A DNA stretch of 64,000 nucleotides, from contig CBDFJF010000001.1 of assembly GCA_965248265.1 (NCBI GenBank), positions 544,001 through 608,000 of the forward strand. Reading direction: 5' to 3'. Source of the DNA: Candidatus Latescibacterota bacterium (GTDB taxonomy: Bacteria > Latescibacterota > UBA2968 > UBA8231). Below are positions 61,420 through 64,000 of this stretch, piece by piece. The notes beneath the pieces were generated by a model. The model saw only the letters and a program-made list of their open reading frames with translations. It was not told where the DNA came from and made no database searches. A program made the translations under genes and the position numbers. The first letter of the stretch is position 1, and each line of letters starts with the position of its first letter.

Positions 61420-62964
61420 ATGAAAATGCCGATGCTGCCGCGCGTGCTGATGCTGTTGATGCTCCTGTTGATTGTGACTGGGGACTCGACTCCCGCATGG
61501 AGCGCCACCGGAGAAGAAGCAACGACCTTGACCGAAGATCTGGACGCGGCCTTCGGTTCCATCGTGAAAGCCCTCATCTTCGTCATCTTTGCCGACTTCG
61601 GCACTGGACTGCCTCTCGTCGTCGCCGTGCTGTTGGGAGGTGGCATCTTCTACAGCTTTTACTTTCGCTGGTTGCCGATCCGCGGCTTCCGCCACGCCAT
61701 CGACGTGGTCCGCGGACGCTATGACGAGCCGGATGACCCGGGGGAAATCAGCCACTTTCAAGCACTGAGCAGCGCCTTGTCCGCAACCATTGGACTGGGC
61801 AACATCGCCGGCGTCGCTATCGCCGTGAGCCTGGGCGGTCCGGGCGCCGTGTTCTGGATGCTGATCACGGCCGTGTTCGGCATGTCCTCCAAGCTCGCCT
61901 CGTGCACCCTGGCGGTGATGTATCGGAAGATCAACCCGGACGGTCATGTATCGGGTGGGCCGATGTATTACCTGGAACAGGGGCTGGCGGCCAAGGGTCC
62001 AGCCTGGGGCGTTCTCGGGCGCACACTGGCCGTCATCTTTGCGATCCTGACCATCGGCGGCAGCCTTGGGGGCGGCAACATGTTCCAGGCCAATCAGACC
62101 CTCGAGATCTTGAGCACCGTTTCCCCGGTGTTTCGTGAGTACAACTGGGTGGTCGGCATCGTCCTGGCCTCCTTCGTGGCCCTCGTCATCATCGGCGGCA
62201 TTCGCCGCATCGGTCACGTGACCTCCCGCATAGTACCGTTCATGTGTGTGTTGTACCTGTTGACGTCGGCACTGATCGTCCTGTCACACGCATCCCTGAT
62301 ACCGGACATGATCGCCAAGATCGTCTCCGATGCTTTCACCGGGCCGGCGATGTATGGAGGATTCGTCGGAGTGTTGGTGATGGGCATTCGCCGCGCTTCG
62401 TTTTCCAACGAGGCCGGCCTCGGATCGGCCGCGTTCGCCCATGCGGCGGCGCGCACCAATGAGCCGGCGCGCGAGGGCATGGTTGCCATGCTCGGTCCGT
62501 TCATCGACACCATCGTCGTGTGCATGATGACGGCGATGGTTTGTATGATCACTGGGGTGTACGCTGACCCGGAGTTCCAGGCCTCTCAGGGATTTTTGGT
62601 CGGCTCCAAAATGACCGCCGCCGCGTTCGAGTCCTTCATACCGGGTGCCCGGTATGTTCTGGCCGTGGCGGTTTTGCTGTTTGCCTACTCGACGATGATC
62701 TCCTGGTCATACTACGGTGAGCGCGCCTGGGAGTACTTGTTCGGCATGGGCTCCACGCTGATCTATCGGATCATCTTCGTCTGCTTCGTGTTCGTAGGCG
62801 CCGTAACGGCCCTCAGCAACGTCCTCGATTTCTCCGACATGATGATCCTGGGTATGGCCTTCCCCAATATTGTCGGCGGGGTGATACTGAGTCCGCGGAT
62901 CAAGGCCTGTCTGAACGAGTACTGGGATCGCTACAAGAGCGGTGAGATGGTGCGCATCAAGTAG
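61420..62964 (+). CDS. Alanine/glycine:cation symporter (AGCS family)
   Basis: ISHFQAL..ALSATIGLGNIAGVA, GGPGAVFWM, GGPMYY, FSNEAGLGS, FIDTIVVC, SWSYYGE, MAFPN. Confidence 0.96.
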   Translation: MKMPMLPRVLMLLMLLLIVTGDSTPAWSATGEEATTLTEDLDAAFGSIVKALIFVIFADFGTGLPLVVAVLLGGGIFYSFYFRWLPIRGFRHAIDVVRGRYDEPDDPGEISHFQALSSALSATIGLGNIAGVAIAVSLGGPGAVFWMLITAVFGMSSKLASCTLAVMYRKINPDGHVSGGPMYYLEQGLAAKGPAWGVLGRTLAVIFAILTIGGSLGGGNMFQANQTLEILSTVSPVFREYNWVVGIVLASFVALVIIGGIRRIGHVTSRIVPFMCVLYLLTSALIVLSHASLIPDMIAKIVSDAFTGPAMYGGFVGVLVMGIRRASFSNEAGLGSAAFAHAAARTNEPAREGMVAMLGPFIDTIVVCMMTAMVCMITGVYADPEFQASQGFLVGSKMTAAAFESFIPGARYVLAVAVLLFAYSTMISWSYYGERAWEYLFGMGSTLIYRIIFVCFVFVGAVTALSNVLDFSDMMILGMAFPNIVGGVILSPRIKACLNEYWDRYKSGEMVRIK

Positions 62965-64000
62965 AGTCCAGGTGCTCGCCCATGACGTCCGGGCCATCGG
63001 CGGGCTTGGCCTCGACCTCCTCGAACTCAAGGTCCACGGCGTCTGCTCGGGGCGTGGGGGAGGAAGAAAGGAAATACCGCATCGCCTCCAGGGCGGCCTC
63101 GTACCGATTGCTCGGATTCCACAGCAACCAACCGGAAGCCCCGCCTTCTCTGGCCGCCCGTAGTTGTTCCGCTACGTAGAGGGCCGAGTAGTCGGTTACC
63201 CCCCAGGGAAACGCCTGGATCCACGGGCGCAGCGTGACACCGTGATGGGCGGCCGTGGCACGGGTTCGTACACACCCTCGGTAGACCAGGTCGAAAGGCC
63301 GTTGCGAGGGATCTTCTATCTCGCCAAACCCAGCGGAAAAATGAGAAGGGTACAGCATCGGGCTGACGATGTCGAGAAACGGCAGCATGCGTTGCAGATC
63401 CTGACCGGTCCGGTGAGAGTCCTCCTCGTGCGCCCAGGCGGCAACACCGAAGACATCGGCCGACATCTGTACTCCATGCGCCTCAGCCACGGCAGAAGCC
63501 TTCTCCACGAAGTCGGTAATGATATCGGCCCGTGAGGGCTCCGAGTGCCCGGGCAGCGCACCGTCGCCGACCGTGGGAAAACGCACGTAGTCAAGTTGAA
63601 GCTCGTCGACTCCCAGCGACGCCGCTTCCTGTATGAGCTCGAAGAGATAACCCTGAACCTCTGGCAGATCCGGATCAACCCACCTCGAAGACCCGTGCTG
63701 GGACCACGCCTGTCCTGTCGCCGTGAGGGGGACCAGGTCAGGCCGGGACGCCGCCAAATGGACGTCTTGGAAGCATACCAGGCGGGCGATCACGTACAGA
63801 CCGAGCTCGTGCAGTCGCTGAACGAAAACACGGGGATCGGCGATTACCGTCTCCCCGGTGGCGCCGAAATCCACGGCGAAATCCACGCGTGAATGGTAGG
63901 TCAGCATGCCATCCCGGTCTTTGATGTCGAAGACGATGGCGTTACCCCCCGCCTCCTTCAGCCGCCGGGCCATGCCAATGCCACCGGTCTCCCCGGACCG
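62957..64000 (-). CDS. Putative glycoside hydrolase (DUF4015-like TIM barrel), 5' end beyond the window
   Basis: IVFDIKD..G, IARLVCFQD, WVDP, QLDYVRFP, SADVFG, SPMLYPSH, RPWIQAF, LLWNPSNRY; frame open to 64000. Confidence 0.85.
   Translation of the reverse strand, partial: RSGETGGIGMARRLKEAGGNAIVFDIKDRDGMLTYHSRVDFAVDFGATGETVIADPRVFVQRLHELGLYVIARLVCFQDVHLAASRPDLVPLTATGQAWSQHGSSRWVDPDLPEVQGYLFELIQEAASLGVDELQLDYVRFPTVGDGALPGHSEPSRADIITDFVEKASAVAEAHGVQMSADVFGVAAWAHEEDSHRTGQDLQRMLPFLDIVSPMLYPSHFSAGFGEIEDPSQRPFDLVYRGCVRTRATAAHHGVTLRPWIQAFPWGVTDYSALYVAEQLRAAREGGASGWLLWNPSNRYEAALEAMRYFLSSSPTPRADAVDLEFEEVEAKPADGPDVMGEHLDST

Overview
GC-rich bacterial chromosomal segment from a diderm organism (Lpt, TonB receptor; the gene style suggests an FCB-group lineage such as Latescibacterota/Gemmatimonadota, which is inference only). 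It contains about 60 mostly housekeeping genes. I saw no rRNA, tRNA, integrase/transposase or cas genes. The left half has two paralogous NEW3-like membrane proteins, dapB/dapA, a stand-alone AICAR transformylase, an rpoZ-like gene, a FleS/FleR-like two-component pair plus an HDOD protein, fabI, rpoN-lptB-(lptC/A-like)-pyrG-gatC, smc, pyrE-like, rmlC and an ECF sigma factor with a sigma54-type promoter. The right half is a ~27 kb minus-strand bioenergetic gene run: nqrABCDEF-nqrM, nuoA-CD-E-F-G-H-J-K-L-M-N, atpZIBEFHAGDC and a polyprenyl synthase. The standout is the nuo cluster. Every reading frame is intact and translationally coupled, yet nuoB and nuoI are cleanly absent and the quinone-site residues are gone. 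Most proton-pumping Glu/Asp/Lys/His residues are replaced, often by Gln or Arg, and the NADH/FMN pocket of NuoF is altered, while all Fe-S ligands of NuoE/F/G are kept. This suggests a repurposed, non-pumping (or decaying) complex I placed between an intact Na+-NQR and an intact H+-type ATP synthase. Also notable: a 66-bp repeat array upstream of rpoN, a ~195-nt structured leader before smc, and short repeats in the spacers of the nqr-nuo-atp run. All motif comparisons were made by eye against remembered family consensus, not by computed alignment.
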